Shown piece by piece: positions 25,085-37,609 of a DNA stretch of 64,000 nt. How positions within the stretch are numbered: position 1 is the first letter of the stretch; each line of letters begins with the position of its first letter. Position numbers and translations under genes: made by a program. The DNA is from Squalus acanthias (Eukaryota). The stretch lies in assembly GCA_030390025.1 (NCBI GenBank), contig CM059432.1, positions 147,810,001 through 147,874,000 of the forward strand, written 5' to 3'. The notes under the pieces were generated by a model. The model did not search any database and was not told where the DNA came from. It was given only the letters and a program-made list of their open reading frames with translations.

Positions 25085-27092
25085 TAACAAGACACCATGG
25101 ATGAATAAAGCCATAAGGGAAAAATTGAGAGTAAGGAAAGAGGCATATATTAAGTACATAGACAGCAGGAGAGAGCATAATAAGGGAGAATACGAAGAGA
25201 TTAGGAGAGAAGTAAAAAAAAACAATTAGGAAGGTAAAGAGGAACTATGAAATTAAATTAGCAAGGAACATAAAACAAAATAGTCAAATATTTTACAGGC
25301 ACATCAATAACAAAAGGAAGGTTGGAATGGGAATAGGGCCACTGAGGGATGGACAGGATAAAACCACAGGTAACGATAGAGAGATGGCAGAAATCTTAAA
25401 TAATTACTTTGCTTCAGGGAGATAGAACAGGTGGACATGACATTGGATGATGAGATTAGTAATGAGATAACTGCATTTAAAATAAAAAGAGGAGATATAT
25501 TAAATAAACGAATCAAACTCAAAGAGGATAAAACCCCTGGTCCAGACGGATTACATCCGTGCATTTTAAAAGAATCGAGGGAAGAGATAGCAGAGGCACT
25601 ATTACACTTATTTAATAATACATTAGAAAAAGGTGTAGTGCCAGAGGACTGGCGGATAGCTAATGTAATACCGATATTTAAGAAGGGGGATAGGACATGT
25701 CCAGGGAAATATAGACCAGTCAGCTTAACATCGGTGGTCGGAAAAATAATGGAATCCCTACTAAAGGAGAAAATAGAAGAACATCTAGAAACCAAAAATA
25801 TAATAATGAATAGTCAGCATGGATTTCAAAAGGAAAAGTCTTGCTTGACCAACCTCATTGAATTTTTGAAGAGGTAACCGAGAGAGTCCAGAAGGGTAAA
25901 GCAGTAGATGTAATTTATCTAGATTTTCAAAAGGCCTTCGATAAGGTACCCCATAATAGACTGATGAACAAGGTCAGAGAATGTGGAGTCAGGGGACAAG
26001 TAGCAGAATGGATAGCTGGCTGGCTTCAGACCAGAAAGCAGAGAGTAAGGGGTAAAAGGTAACTATTCAGAGTGGTAGAAGGTGGGTAGTAGTGTTCCAC
26101 AAGGATCAGTGCTGGGACCACTGTTCACAATTTATATTAACGATTTAGACTTTGGAATCAAAAACACAATTTCTAAATTTGCAGATGACACCAAATTGGG
26201 GGGATAGTTAATACTGAGGAGGACTGCAACAAATTACAGGAAGACGTTAATAAACTTGCAGAATGGGCATATAATTGGCAAATGAATTTCAACACAGATA
26301 AATGTGAGGTATTATATTTTGGGAGGAAGAATAGGGAGGTCACTTATTACTTGGAGGGTGCGCGTCTGGGTGGGGTAGAGGAGCAAAGGGATCTCGGGTA
26401 CAAATACAGAAATCAATAAAAGTAGCGACACAGGTTAACAAGGCCATAAAAAAAAAACAAGCACTAGGGTTTATTTCTAGAGGGATAGAATTGAAAAGTA
26501 ATGGTTATGCTAAACTTGCATCGAACCTTGGTTAGACCACACTTGGAGTACTGCATACAGTTCTGGTCGCCATATTATAAAAAGGATATAGAGGTAGTGG
26601 AGAGGGTGCAGAGAAGATTTACAAGGATGATACCAGAAATGCGAGGGTATATCTATCAGCAAAGGATGAACAGGTTGGGTCTCTTTTCTCTTGAAAAAAG
26701 AAGGCTGAGGGGTGACCTAATAGAGGTCTTTAAAATCATGAAAGGTTTTGATAGAGTGGATACAGAGAGAATGTTTTCACTTGTGGGGAAGAGCAAAACT
26801 AGAGGCCATCAATATAAGATAGTCACCAAGAAATCAAATCGGGAATTCAGAAGAAACTTCTTTACCCAGAGAGTGGTGAGAATGTGGAACTCGCTACCAC
26901 AGGGAGTGGTTGAAGTGAATAGTATAGATGCATTTAAGGGGAGGTTGGATAAGCATATGAGGGAGAAGGGAATAGAGGGTTACGCTGATAATTAGATGAG
27001 GAAAGACGGGAGGAGGCTTGAGTGGAGCATAAAGGCCGGCATGGACTGTTTGGGCCGAATAGCCTGTTTCTGTGCTGTATATCCTAAGTAAT
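25085..27092 (+). mobile_element. CR1 LINE (different subfamily), 5'-truncated, decayed
   Basis: [58 protein letters not shown]; 3' UTR GGCCGAATAGCCTGTTTCTGTGCTG. Confidence 0.93.
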
Positions 27093-27869
27093 TATTCCAA
27101 CCAGAGGGAGAGGTCTGCACTCGAGGGGCGTGTCAGCATTATGCAAATCCAGGCAGATTGAGCTATTGTCAGATGCAGCACAATTCAGATGTGTTGCGTC
27201 TGACTAAATGCCCAAGCGCAGGGCCCATAGAAAAACCAGCTCCTTAGTCTGATTAAACACTAAAACATTGGAGTCCATGTGGAATAAGTCGGAGGAAAGA
27301 GGTGTGGCTGTGAAAGTGAGTTAGGCTGATTGCCTGGTTAGGTTGCATCACCCTCACAGGAGAGTTGTGATTTTTGCACATGCATTGTGTTGGAGTTCTT
27401 CATGGCTCCAACTAAATACCCCAAAGAGTAAAATTTATAACATTAAAAAATTTCAGCCAAGGTTAGGCCGTGAATGGCTCCTGGGAATATAGTGCAGCGG
27501 GTTAGCTCTGAAGATTAGGCCTGAGTGTGAAGTAATGGGGGAGATTGTACCTGAGGGCAGGCTCAGTCAATGTGGCCCAGCGGGGTGGGGGAGGGGCTAG
27601 GATGGGTTCATTTGTGACTTATTTTGCAAATTGTTGAATTTTTTTGTATTATAGATTTTATTTTTGGAGATATATATTTTTTGGGGTGTGGAGCTATGGC
27701 TGCTTTATGGAGATTTTTTAACTGGAATGTGATTGCGTAGGACAGTTTTGGTGGAATTCAATTGGGGAGAATGATTTCACATATAAGTACTAGTGAGTAA
27801 TGAAAACCAGCAATGAAAGAATTTAATCGAGGAAGGAGAATATTAACCAATGGCTTGATGGTCCAACAC

Positions 27870-28450
27870 CAAAGCTGCCTACTTTGCCACATGGTGCACC
27901 TCCATCCACTGTCGCTGAAACTCTCATTCATGCCTTTATCCTCTCCAAGGGCACTATCTCCAATGTATTCCATGAAAGCCTCTTTATCTTCAATGTGCAC
28001 AAAATCCAACTTGTCCAAATCTCTACCATTCACGTCCTATCTCAGAGTAATCCCTTGCCTTCATGAACTCCATTGGCTCAGTCTCCCCAGCTCTTTTTAT
28101 GGCCTTACCCCTCTCTACCTCTGCAACCATCTTCAGTTCTATGGCACAGCCTGCGCTGCTTACCCTTCTGACTCTAGTCTCCCATGCTACCCTTTTATCT
28201 TTGCTTCACTATCGGCGTTAGATCCCTCAGCTGTCATGCCTCCATGCTCGTCAACTCTCTTCCCTAAGACCCCTTTGCCTTGCAACTCCCCTCTTCACAT
28301 GCAAAAGCCTCCTTAAAACCTCTGTCTTCATCCGCGTGTTCAATCACCTTCCCGAGCTCTCTCCAAGCTCTTGCTTGGTGTCTGCTCGCTCCTGTGAAGT
28401 GTGTTTGGATGATCTGCTACAGTAAAGGGCCTGTACAGATGCAGTGTTGC
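27870..28450 (+). mobile_element. L2 LINE 3' fragment, old
   Basis: AETLIHAFILS, LHELHWL and TPLYLCNHLQ remnants, with an L2-type 3' end (TGTGAAGTGTGTTTGGATG..TAAAGGGCCTGTACAGATGCAG). Confidence 0.7.
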
Positions 28451-28990
28451 CATGACATCAAATTCATAGACTTAACACACACTAGAAACACAAGAAATTA
28501 TGTTAGGAGGACTTCCACTCATTTTCTATGAATGCACGGAATTGTAGCCTGTACTGTTTAAGCTTATCGCCTGAAGAGGCTGGTAGTGCCTATGCTCAAC
28601 TGCCCATGTCCTTGATCCATGATAATGTTGACACATGAAGAATTAGCAAATGTGATGGCACAACTGGAGGCTTATTGAGCAATAGTCTGCGGCTGATTAT
28701 TGGGAAATTCTATGTCCAGGGTGCATTGCCAAGGATTTAATCATTTTAATATTGAACAGCCCATTAAACAAAGGATTGTCCTTGAAAGTCAGGAATCATA
28801 TGGAGAACTGTAACAGTGGAGAAGAGAAAATGTCAGAAGAGGATGTGAAGTCTGCTTTTACTGAAAGCATTCCTCTTTTTTTTTACACTCACAGGATTAT
28901 CGAGCATTTTTATGACAGGTAGCACACATTAGACCATTTGTAGAAAACCAGTACCTGTAAGCATCCTTATATTTTTTTCTATTTGTGCAA

Positions 28991-29191
28991 ATATTGGCAA
29001 CACATGTGGCAGAATTTGCTAAGTGCTTCCTGTGAAAGTCCCTTATCAATAAGTTTACCCGAAGAAATCACATTGACAGCTGTTTTCATTAACCAATTTA
29101 TTAGTGACATATAAAACAGCTGCTATTAGAGTTCTTTTCAACAACCAAGTGCTCACAGCACTTAGGAATTCTTGCAGGATTTGGTCAATAT
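28991..29191. repeat. Imperfect ~200-bp palindrome (old MITE-like hairpin)
   Basis: ATATTG/CAATAT ends; CTAAGTGCT (29019) / AGCACTTAG (29157); CAGCTGTTTT (29077) / AAAACAGCTG (29113). Confidence 0.65.
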
Positions 29192-29747
29192 ACCATCTCG
29201 AAATCAATCACAATTTTATGTACCAGGCGTATCATTAATTTCTACCTGCTCATTTTGCAGCAAGATCTTGCACTTCGTTTGAGTTTTTTCCAGAATTTAT
29301 CTCACTGTAATGTTGCTTCAGTTAGCAGAATATTCTTGGGGAAAAAAAACAACAAAGGCAAGAAATGTCATTTCTCAGTACTGATGATTGGCTGCTGTGT
29401 TTAACTATTTCACGATCTGTCTCCTCAGATTAGCTCTTGGCAAGATCTCTCCCGCTTTTTCCTGTAACAGGCAAAGGTTGCATGACAAGAGATACGGGGC
29501 ACCTATAGCATAAACAGTGCAGCTTGAGTATCAGAGCTGTCGCAGTGTCGCTGAAAAATCTTCAGCTGCACACAAAAAGGACTGGTTTCCAAACAGTGCT
29601 CAGTTGTGTCACCAGTGTATCCTTGCAATATGCTGTGGAAGAAATGAGTAGGGTATTGACCATCTCACCAAGCATCTATCCTGAGTTAACAGCTGCTGGC
29701 TCAGATATAGCCATCTCAGTGGAATTAAATAGAGAGGGTCAGGAGCA

Positions 29748-30625
29748 TTTTTTTTTTATTCGCTTATGGGATCTGGGCATCGCTGGCAAGGCCAGCATTT
29801 ATTGCCCATCCCTAGCTGCCCTTGAGCAGGTGGTGGTGAGCCACCTTCTTGAACCACTGCAGTCTGTGTGGTGAAGGTACTCCCACAGTGCTGTTAGGGA
29901 GGGAGTTCCAGGATTTTGACCCAGCGACGATGAAGGATCGACCGATATACTTCTAAGTCAGGATGGTGTGTGACCTGGAGGGGAACTTGGAGGTGGTGGT
30001 GTTCCCATGCCCCTGCTGCCCTTGTCCTTCTAGGTGGAAGAGGTCGCGGGTTTGGGAGGTGCTGCCGAAGAATCCTTGGCGAGTTGCTGCAGTGCATCTT
30101 GTAGATGGTACACACTGCAGCCACGGTACGCCGGTGGTGAAGGGAGTGAATGTTTAAGGCGGTGGATGGGGTGCCAATCAAACGGAGTGCTTTGTCCTGG
30201 ATGGTGTCGAGCTTCTTGAGTGTTGTTGGAGCTGCACTCATCCAGGCAAGTGGAGAGTATTCCATCACACTCCTTACTTGTGCCTTGTAGATGGTGGATA
30301 GGCTTTGGGGAGTCAGGAGGTGAGATACTCGTCGCAGAATATCCAGCCTCTAACCTGCTCTTGTTGCCACAGTATTTATGTGGCTGGTCCAGTTAAGTTT
30401 CTGGTTCATGGTGACCCCCAGGATGTTGATGGTGGGGGATTCGGCGATGGTAATGCCATTAAATGTCATGGGGAGGTGGTTAGACTCTTGCTTGTTGGAG
30501 ATAGTCATTGCCTAGCACTTCTGTGGTGCGAATGTTACCTGCCACTTATCAGCCCAAGCCTGAACGTCGTCCAGGTCTTGTTGCATGCGGGCATGGACTG
30601 CTTCATTATCTGAGAAGTTGTGAAA
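29748..30625 (-). mobile_element. 3' end of a LINE (RT C-terminus, 3' UTR, poly-A); inferred to be the tRNA-headed family
   Basis: MEYSPLAWMSAAPTTLKKLDTIQDKALRLIG..HSLHHRRTVAA..; tail AGGGATGGGCAATAAATGCTGGCCTTGCCAGCGATGCCCAGATCCCATAAGCGAAT(A)n shared with the SINE at 46151-46895. Confidence 0.85.
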
Positions 30626-31540
30626 CCTGGTGAAACACTCAGCACAAGTGGAGGTACATTGAAGAGGAGCAGGAACAATCTAAATCAGGGCCAGGCCCAG
30701 ATGCTCCTCTATATCCTGAAGAACTAATTAATGAGCAGTAAAGCTTCGTGCAATCCTTCAACAATATCCAGGTTATGTCAGAGACTCTGCAGATGTGCTG
30801 CTGAGACTTCTGTGAAAGTAATGCAAGAGGCTTTGAGTAAACTGCAGTAATACCAGTGGGAACACCACAGCATCTGCAGGGGGCCCTGAGGATAGAGGTC
30901 CAAAGTCCAGATGCAGTATGACTGCAGCTATTGAGATTGGGGCCTTTAATTTACAGGAAGCTCTCATTTCTGGTTTGGTGGGGCTCGGAAACTGGCTTCG
31001 AACTCCTAAGCGGTGACTAAGAATCTGTTCCCACTTAGCTCCCTGGTCCTCCAAAATGGAGGTCCTCCAAAAGGGAGGCCAGGTCATGGCTTTAGGATGT
31101 ATCTGCCTCTCATGGTGATGCCACATCTGCCCAACCCAACCAGCCACCTTAGAGGACTCAGTGGCAGGTGGCCATTATGGGGGCCAATGTACTGGCAGTC
31201 ATTCAAGGACCTTCTCATGACCCAGTAGAAAGGTACAGAGGACCCACTAAGAAGGAGCAGGATGTCACAACACTTACTCCTCCCATTGAGGTTCCAGTTG
31301 GAAGGAACATAAGATTAAGTAAGAGACACCATACACCTCATCAAAGGCAAGACTTAGGGATGCAAACTCTAAGAGCTCCTACAGAGAATAGTAGTAGGGA
31401 AATAAACTGGTTGCACCATCTTTGGAATGGAATGCGCTAATTTACTTTGAGAAGGGACATATTGATGTGGTAGGCAGGAGGTCGAGAGGCATGTCTGGTA
31501 GTGGAGGCAGTGCTGATGATTAGGCAGGGCCAGTATACTC

Positions 31541-32260
31541 GGGTAGAATTTCCACTTTGGGCATAATCGGCAATCCGGGCGCAAAGTCCGCTCAAAATTG
31601 CGCTAGTTTTCAGAATTGAACTTTTTGCTCAAGTTTCCTTTCAAACTCATTTGCATATCGACGAACATAAAATCTTCCACGAGCCAGCACCATTGGGCAC
31701 CATTTTAGAACATCATTTTTTTTCTTTGCATTAAAAAATATTCCTTGATATATTTAAGAGCGGTAACCTGGTGCAGTTTGATTAATACAGCTGAAAATGG
31801 GTTTATCACCAAAAAAATCAGCATTTTTAATCAGAGGGTCGAGTCCACCACCTGTGAGTAACCCAATTTTAAATAACTGAAAATGGCTTTAAAAAATCTA
31901 TACAGAACCATTTACTGGTGACATTGGTGTACAGTAGTCAGTTTTTTAGTAAATTATTTTTTTAAATATTTCAAAGGGTTTAAAAGGTGCCCATGGACCT
32001 AAAAAAAAAGCTTGATTTTAAGAGCCTCCCCGAAGGCCCGCAAACAGGCACAATTAGCGGAAACTCGCCATGGTGATTAATTCGATCTGGGGGCGTGGCC
32101 AGATTTTGAGGGCGGGGCCAGCTTCCAGCGCAATATTTTTTAAACCAGCGCAAAAGATCGCGGAAGCTTGAGTTGGGCCGAACGTAATTTGCGCTTGAAA
32201 TTCCTCGATCTTTTGTGCTGGTTTGGCTGATTTCGGGCGAATTGTGCTGAAAAAACCAAG
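31541..32260. mobile_element. Probable non-autonomous DNA transposon (Harbinger-like MITE remnant)
   Basis: Left end GGGTAGAATTTCC resembles other TIRs here; CpG-rich subterminal blocks (GCGCAA/TTGCGC) around an AT-rich core; right TIR not found. Confidence 0.5.
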
Positions 32261-32599
32261 GCAACTATGTTCAGGACCACAGGATTGTTCTTACAGGGCA
32301 CATTTTCAGAGGTAAATAAAAGTCCTGTCAATCAATGATTGACACACCCTGGCTGTACATCACCCACACCGTTTCTTCTTCCTCCTGGTCCTCATTCTCT
32401 GCCAAGGCTAGAGGCTCTTGGTGCACATGCTACATGATTTCCCCCTTACTGTATGGCAAAGCTGTGCCGTATACACAGCAGACACAGATAATTTTGAACT
32501 GGTTAGGGCTATCAAGCACTACCCTTTTGACATGTCCAAACCATGGAAACTCTGAGTATGCTCATTGCATGTTTCACTAGAACTTGGGAAGGAGTCTGA

Positions 32600-33445
32600 G
32601 GGGGGAATTTTCCCAGCCCTGCGGAGGCGGGTTTGGAGGCAAGACTGCCAGGAAAATGGCAGAAACCGGGAGCGGGAACCAACCCCGCTCCAAACCCGCC
32701 TCTGTGCCATCTTCCCGGGAGGCGGGGCCCTGAGTCGAGCAGGGACCCGTCTCCTTGAGGCGGGAAGGGGATTAGAGCCAATTAACTGCCTGTTAACAGG
32801 TAGTTAATGGGCAGTTTTGAGGCTTTTTCCCATTTTACACCTGCAATTGTGGGCTTCCCGACGGCTGCGAACCTCGCCAGGGTCAGCGAGGCGAGCAGTG
32901 GGTCTGCGGGGGTGAGAGGGGTCGACATGTCAGATGTAGAGGTGAGTGATGGGTGCAAGTGTGGACAGGTAAGTATGAGAGGTGAGTGTAAAGTGTTGGA
33001 AAAAGTTTCCTTACCTTTGCTTCTTTCTGCAGGCTTCAAGCATTGAGGATCCGGAGGTGCCTCATCTCAACGGCAGAGATGACAGAATGGCTGCTGCACT
33101 CTCAGATGTAGCAGCCATCTGCTTTCTGCTGAGGAGAGAGGTTTTGGGGAGCCTCTGTGCAAGGGCTCACCTTGGAACTGAGATTGTCAGTGTATGACAG
33201 CTTCTCAAAGCTGCCAAACGATGACAATTCATCTGTCAAACTTTTTTCGACAGATGAAGCGTTATACGCTGACGTCATCTGTCACCGGCTTTCCCTTAAT
33301 TGGCTGGTAAGCCCGCAGGGCGGGTTTAACAAGGCCAATCAAGGGAAAATAGCGCGGGAGCATCATACGTCGCTGGGGGCGGGTCTAGAACCCGGAAGGC
33401 AGCAGTCCCGCCCCCCAACTCGTCTCGGCTGGCAAAATCCAGCCC
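32600..33445. mobile_element. Harbinger-type MITE (same family as 18440-19280, reverse orientation)
   Basis: Ends GGGGGAATTTTCCCAGCC and GGCAAAATCCAGCCC; collinear homology with 18440-19280; TSD not preserved. Confidence 0.85.
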
Positions 33446-33916
33446 ACAGCGTTCATTGTATCTGCATTCTGCCTCTGTTCAGAGTTGCTCAATGGGAGGG
33501 GCTTTAGCTAGGGCTGCAGTTCGTATACTTGGTTCCCTAGCCACCAGCTTGCCAGTCTACCTGCTCCATCAAATAATTGTAGCATGGGAGATCGGCACAA
33601 AATGAGGGCATTGTGGCTGCTGCCAGGTATCAAGCGTTTACTTGCATTCCTCGGTTCCTGTGGTGTGACACTACCTGCACATTAAATAGAGCTTCACCTA
33701 TTCATATAAGCCATGGGGCTCCAATGGCCAGGTGTGTGCCATCAATGATGCCCTGTGGTTTTGGAAAGCCTAACACCTGGTAAATTTTCTGTGCCCTTTC
33801 ATGCTGTTACCTCCTTTCCACAAGAAAGATGATAAAAATTGTTTACTCTGGCAAACAAGGCTCCTATCACCTGTTTTTCTGCATCTGTGAACTGAAGACT
33901 AATTGATGTAACAAAT

Positions 33917-34480
33917 GTCACTGGCAGTGACTTGGAAGGATCCAGTTGCATAAAAACGTAATGCCGTGGTAACCTTCGCAGCCGCGGGGATGGCTGTTCT
34001 GTGGCAGATCTGGTCCGGAGGTCAGGCTCGAGGAGACAGCATAACTGTGACAGCTTCCCTCAGGAAGCCCCGGATGGTGATGGCAGGTCTCTTCAGACAT
34101 CCCCAAGTGGGCGTGCCTAGGTCTGAGGACTCAGCTCAGACCAGATGTGCACCAGCCGCCTGAGATGCCATTACAACTGCCCTTTGTTCCCTGTGCATGA
34201 ATTTCTCTTCCTCCTCCAAATTCAGCACTGCCATTGAAATGCCCCCGTGGACTGTCTCCTGCTCCACACTGTGGCTGCTGCTAATGAAGCAGCAGTTTTC
34301 AGCGACAGCGCTCTGGGGGGAAAAGGTATCCAAAAAAAAGGAGTCTTGCGATGCAGAAAGTGAGCTGGAAATACCAGCAGCAAGTAATGCACCAAAGACA
34401 ATACAGATTCAGCTATGTGAAAAACAAAACAAAGAGCCTCAACGTACACTGAACTATCAATCAGCCAGAGCAGCAAATCT
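33917..34480 (-). pseudogene. N-terminal remnant of Harbinger (HARBI1-like) nuclease
   Basis: Frameshifted MSEETC..GFLREAVT..RTAIPAAAKVTTALRFYATGSFQ, homologous to 12031-12372. Confidence 0.7.
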
Positions 34481-34734
34481 CAGCAGTGTCTATTTAATAT
34501 GGGCAAGCAGTGCTTGAAAGATTGGGCTGGTGAAATAAGTCACTAATTTCACTATTGCACCAATTTGAATAGGGTTGCCTAAAATTAAGAGATGTAACAG
34601 AGCTTCTGCAAGGCAAATTGCAGTCTTCAGGAGAAGCAGAGTTAGAGAGCAGGGAAATAATTGGACCATGGCATGTCAATGTGGGATCTTATAGTGTATG
34701 CATATATTCAGTCCCCATTTTAAAATCATAGAAC

Positions 34735-35255
34735 AATATCAAAGAGATTATGCTAGAACTTTATAACTCCGTGGTTAGGCCTCAGCTGGAGTATTGTGGA
34801 CTATTCTGGGCACCACACTTCAGGAAAGATGTAGAGGCCTTAGCAAGGGTACAGAGGAGGTTTACCAGGATGTTACCAGGGATGAGGGACTTCAGTTATG
34901 AGGAGAGGTTGGAAAATTTAGTTTTGTTCTCCTGGAACAGAGAAGGTTAAGAGGTGACTGAATAGAGGTTTTCCAGATGATGAGAGGTTTTGATAGAGTA
35001 AATAGAGAAAAACTATTCCCTCTGGTGAGTGGGTCAATAATCAGAGGTCATAGATTCAAAATCATTGGCAAAAGATCGAGAGGGGAGATCAGGAGAATTT
35101 TTTTCATTCAGAGATTTGTCGGGATCTGGAATGCCTGAATAAGGTGGTGGAAGCTGATTCCATAAATAATTTTAAAAGGAAGTTGAACAGATACTTGAGG
35201 ATGAGCAACTTACAGGGTTAGGGTCAAAAAGCAAAGGTGTAGGACTAAGCACAAC
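34735..35255 (+). mobile_element. CR1 3' fragment, decayed
   Basis: MLELYNSVVRPQLEYCGLFWAPHFRKDVEALARVQRRFTRM.. Confidence 0.85.
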
Positions 35256-35372
35256 TTCTTAATATAGACTGGGAAAATAACATTGTAAGTGGCAAAGAGG
35301 GGGATAAATTCATGAAATGTGTACAAGTGAATTTTCTTGATCGGTACGTTTCCAGCCCAATGATGAAGGAAG

Positions 35373-35512
35373 TAGTTCTGACAAAAAGTCATCGGCCTGA
35401 AACGTTAACTCTGTTTCTCTCTCTCTCCACAGATGCTGCCTGACCTGCTGAGTATTTCCAGCATTTTCTGTTTCTTTTTTCAGATTTCCAGCATTCGTAG
35501 TATTTTGTTTCT
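35373..35512 (+). mobile_element. Penelope-like pseudo-LTR/3' fragment with degenerate hammerhead motif
   Basis: GTTCTGACAAAAAGTCATCGGCCTGAAACGTTAACTCTG..CAGATGCTGCCTGACCTGCTGAG; homologous to 47000-47135 and 61940-62073. Confidence 0.8.
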
Positions 35513-36326
35513 GTATGAAGGATGCAATGCTGGATCTGGTTCTGAGGAGTGAAGTGGAGCATATTTCAGTGATGGAGCATTTGGGAAAGAGTGATCATAA
35601 TATCATTAGGTTTAGAGTGGTTATGGAAAAGGACGAGGAACAATCAAACATGAACATTTGCAGCTGGAGCAGAGTTAATTTCAGTGAGTTGAAAGGAGAT
35701 ATGGCCAATGTGGATTGGAATCAAAGATTGGCCGTAAAACATTAAATGAGCATCTAAGGCCTTCAAGATGAAATAGTTTGGTACAGACTAGACACATTCC
35801 CACAAGGCGGAAAGGAAGGGCATCCAAAGTTAAAGTTCCCTGGATGACTAAAGAAATGGAGATTAAAATTAAACAGAAAAAAGAGGCTTATGATAAATGT
35901 CGGGCTCATAATATAGTAGACAACCAAGCTGAATACAGAAAGGACAGAGGAGAACTGAAAAAGGAACTAAAAGGGGCAAAGAGAGAGTATGAGAAAAGAT
36001 TAGTGTGTAGCATAAAAGGGAACCCAAAAGTCTTTTATAAGGATATAACTAGTAAAAGGGTAGTCAAAGAAAGGGTGGGACTGATTAGGGTCCTTAAAGA
36101 AGATCTTCTTGTGGAGGCAGAGAGCATGGCTGAGGTATTAAATGAGTACGTCGCGTCTGTCTTCACTAAAGAAGAGAATGCTGCCAATGTCACAGTAAAG
36201 GAGGAGGTAGTAGAGAAACTGGACAGGATAAGAATAAATAAAGAGGAGGTACTTAAAAGGTTAACAACGCTCAAAGTAGAAAAGTCACCCGGTCCAGATG
36301 GGATGCATCCTAGGTTGCAGAGGGAA

Positions 36327-37380
36327 TCCCCTCTAAACCTTCCACCAATTACTTTAAATCTGTGCCCCCTGGTTTTTGACCCCTCTGCTGAGGGAAATAG
36401 GTCCTTTCTATCCACTTTATCTAGGCCCCTCATAATTTTATACACCTCAATAAGGTCTCCCCTCAGCCTCCTCTGTTCCAAGGAAAACAGACCCAGCCTA
36501 TCCAGTCTTTCCTCATAGCTAAGATTCTCTACCCCCAGCAACATCCTTGTAAATCTCCTCTGTACCCTCTCTAGTGCAATCACATCTTTCCTGTAATGTG
36601 GTGACCAGAACTGCACGCAGTACTCTAGCTGAGGCCTAACTAGTGTTTTATACAGTTGAAGTATAACCCCCCTGCTCTTGTATTCTATGCCACGGCTAAT
36701 AAAGGCAAGCATTCCATACGCCTTCTTAACCACCTTATCTACCTGGCCTGCTACCTTCAGGGATCTGTGGACATGCACTCCAAGGTCCCTTTGTTCCTCT
36801 ACACTACTCAGGGTCCTACCATTTAATGTGTATTCCCTTTCCTTGTTAGCCCTCCCCAAATGCATTACCTCACAATTCTCCGGATTGAATTCCATTTGCC
36901 ACTGTTCTGCCCACCTGACCAATTTATTGATATCTTCCTGCAGTCTACAGCTTCCTTCTTCAGTATCAACGACACAGCCGATTTTAGTATCATCTGCAAA
37001 CTTCTTAATCATACCCCCTATATTCAAGTCTAGATCATTGATATATACCACAAAAAACAAGGGACCTAGTACTGAGCCCTGCGGAACCCCACTGGAAACA
37101 GCCTTCCAGTCACAAAAACACCCATCAACCATTACCTTCTGCTTCCTGACTCCGAGCCAGTTTTGAATCCAACTTGAGACTTTGCCCTGGATCCCATGGG
37201 CTTTTAAATTCGTGACCAGTCTGCCATGTGGAACCTTATCAAAAGCCTTGCTAAAGTCCATATACACTACATCAAATGCACTACCCTCATCTGCCCTCCT
37301 TGTTACCTCCTCGAAAAATTCAATCAAGTTTGTCAGACATGACCTTCCCTTAACAAATCCGTGCTGACTATCCTTGATTA
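36327..37380 (-). mobile_element. Internal CR1 RT fragment inserted in inverted orientation, lacking 3' UTR and tail
   Basis: Open frame LIKDSQHGFVKGRSCLTNLIEFFEEVT..KFADDTK..GHRFKVIGGRFRGD; host CR1 resumes at 37381. Confidence 0.9.
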
Positions 37381-37609
37381 AGGGTGGAGATAATGGAGGC
37401 TCTGGCCACAATCTTCCAATCCTCCCTAGATATGGGAGTGGTGCCAGAGGACTGAGGATTGGAAATGTTACACTTCTGTTCAAAAAAGTGGAGATGGATA
37501 AACCCAGCAACTACAGGCCAGTCAGTCAGGTGGTGGGGAAACTTTTAGATGCAATAATCCGAGACAAAATGAATTGTCACTTGGAGCTCAAATTTGTGAA
37601 GGACATATT

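Noticed and set aside
28870..28965. Micro-exon with splice-like signals on both strands
   Set aside because: Stops in all frames of the longer candidates; weak donor on the plus strand and no pyrimidine tract on the minus strand.
30620..31530. Short ORFs in GC-moderate sequence
   Set aside because: No recognisable domain or splice structure; possibly a very decayed transposon interior.
36035..37510. 491-aa ORF as a host or novel RT gene
   Set aside because: Chimera: a CR1 RT fragment (36327-37380) read through into antisense sequence of the host CR1 on both sides.
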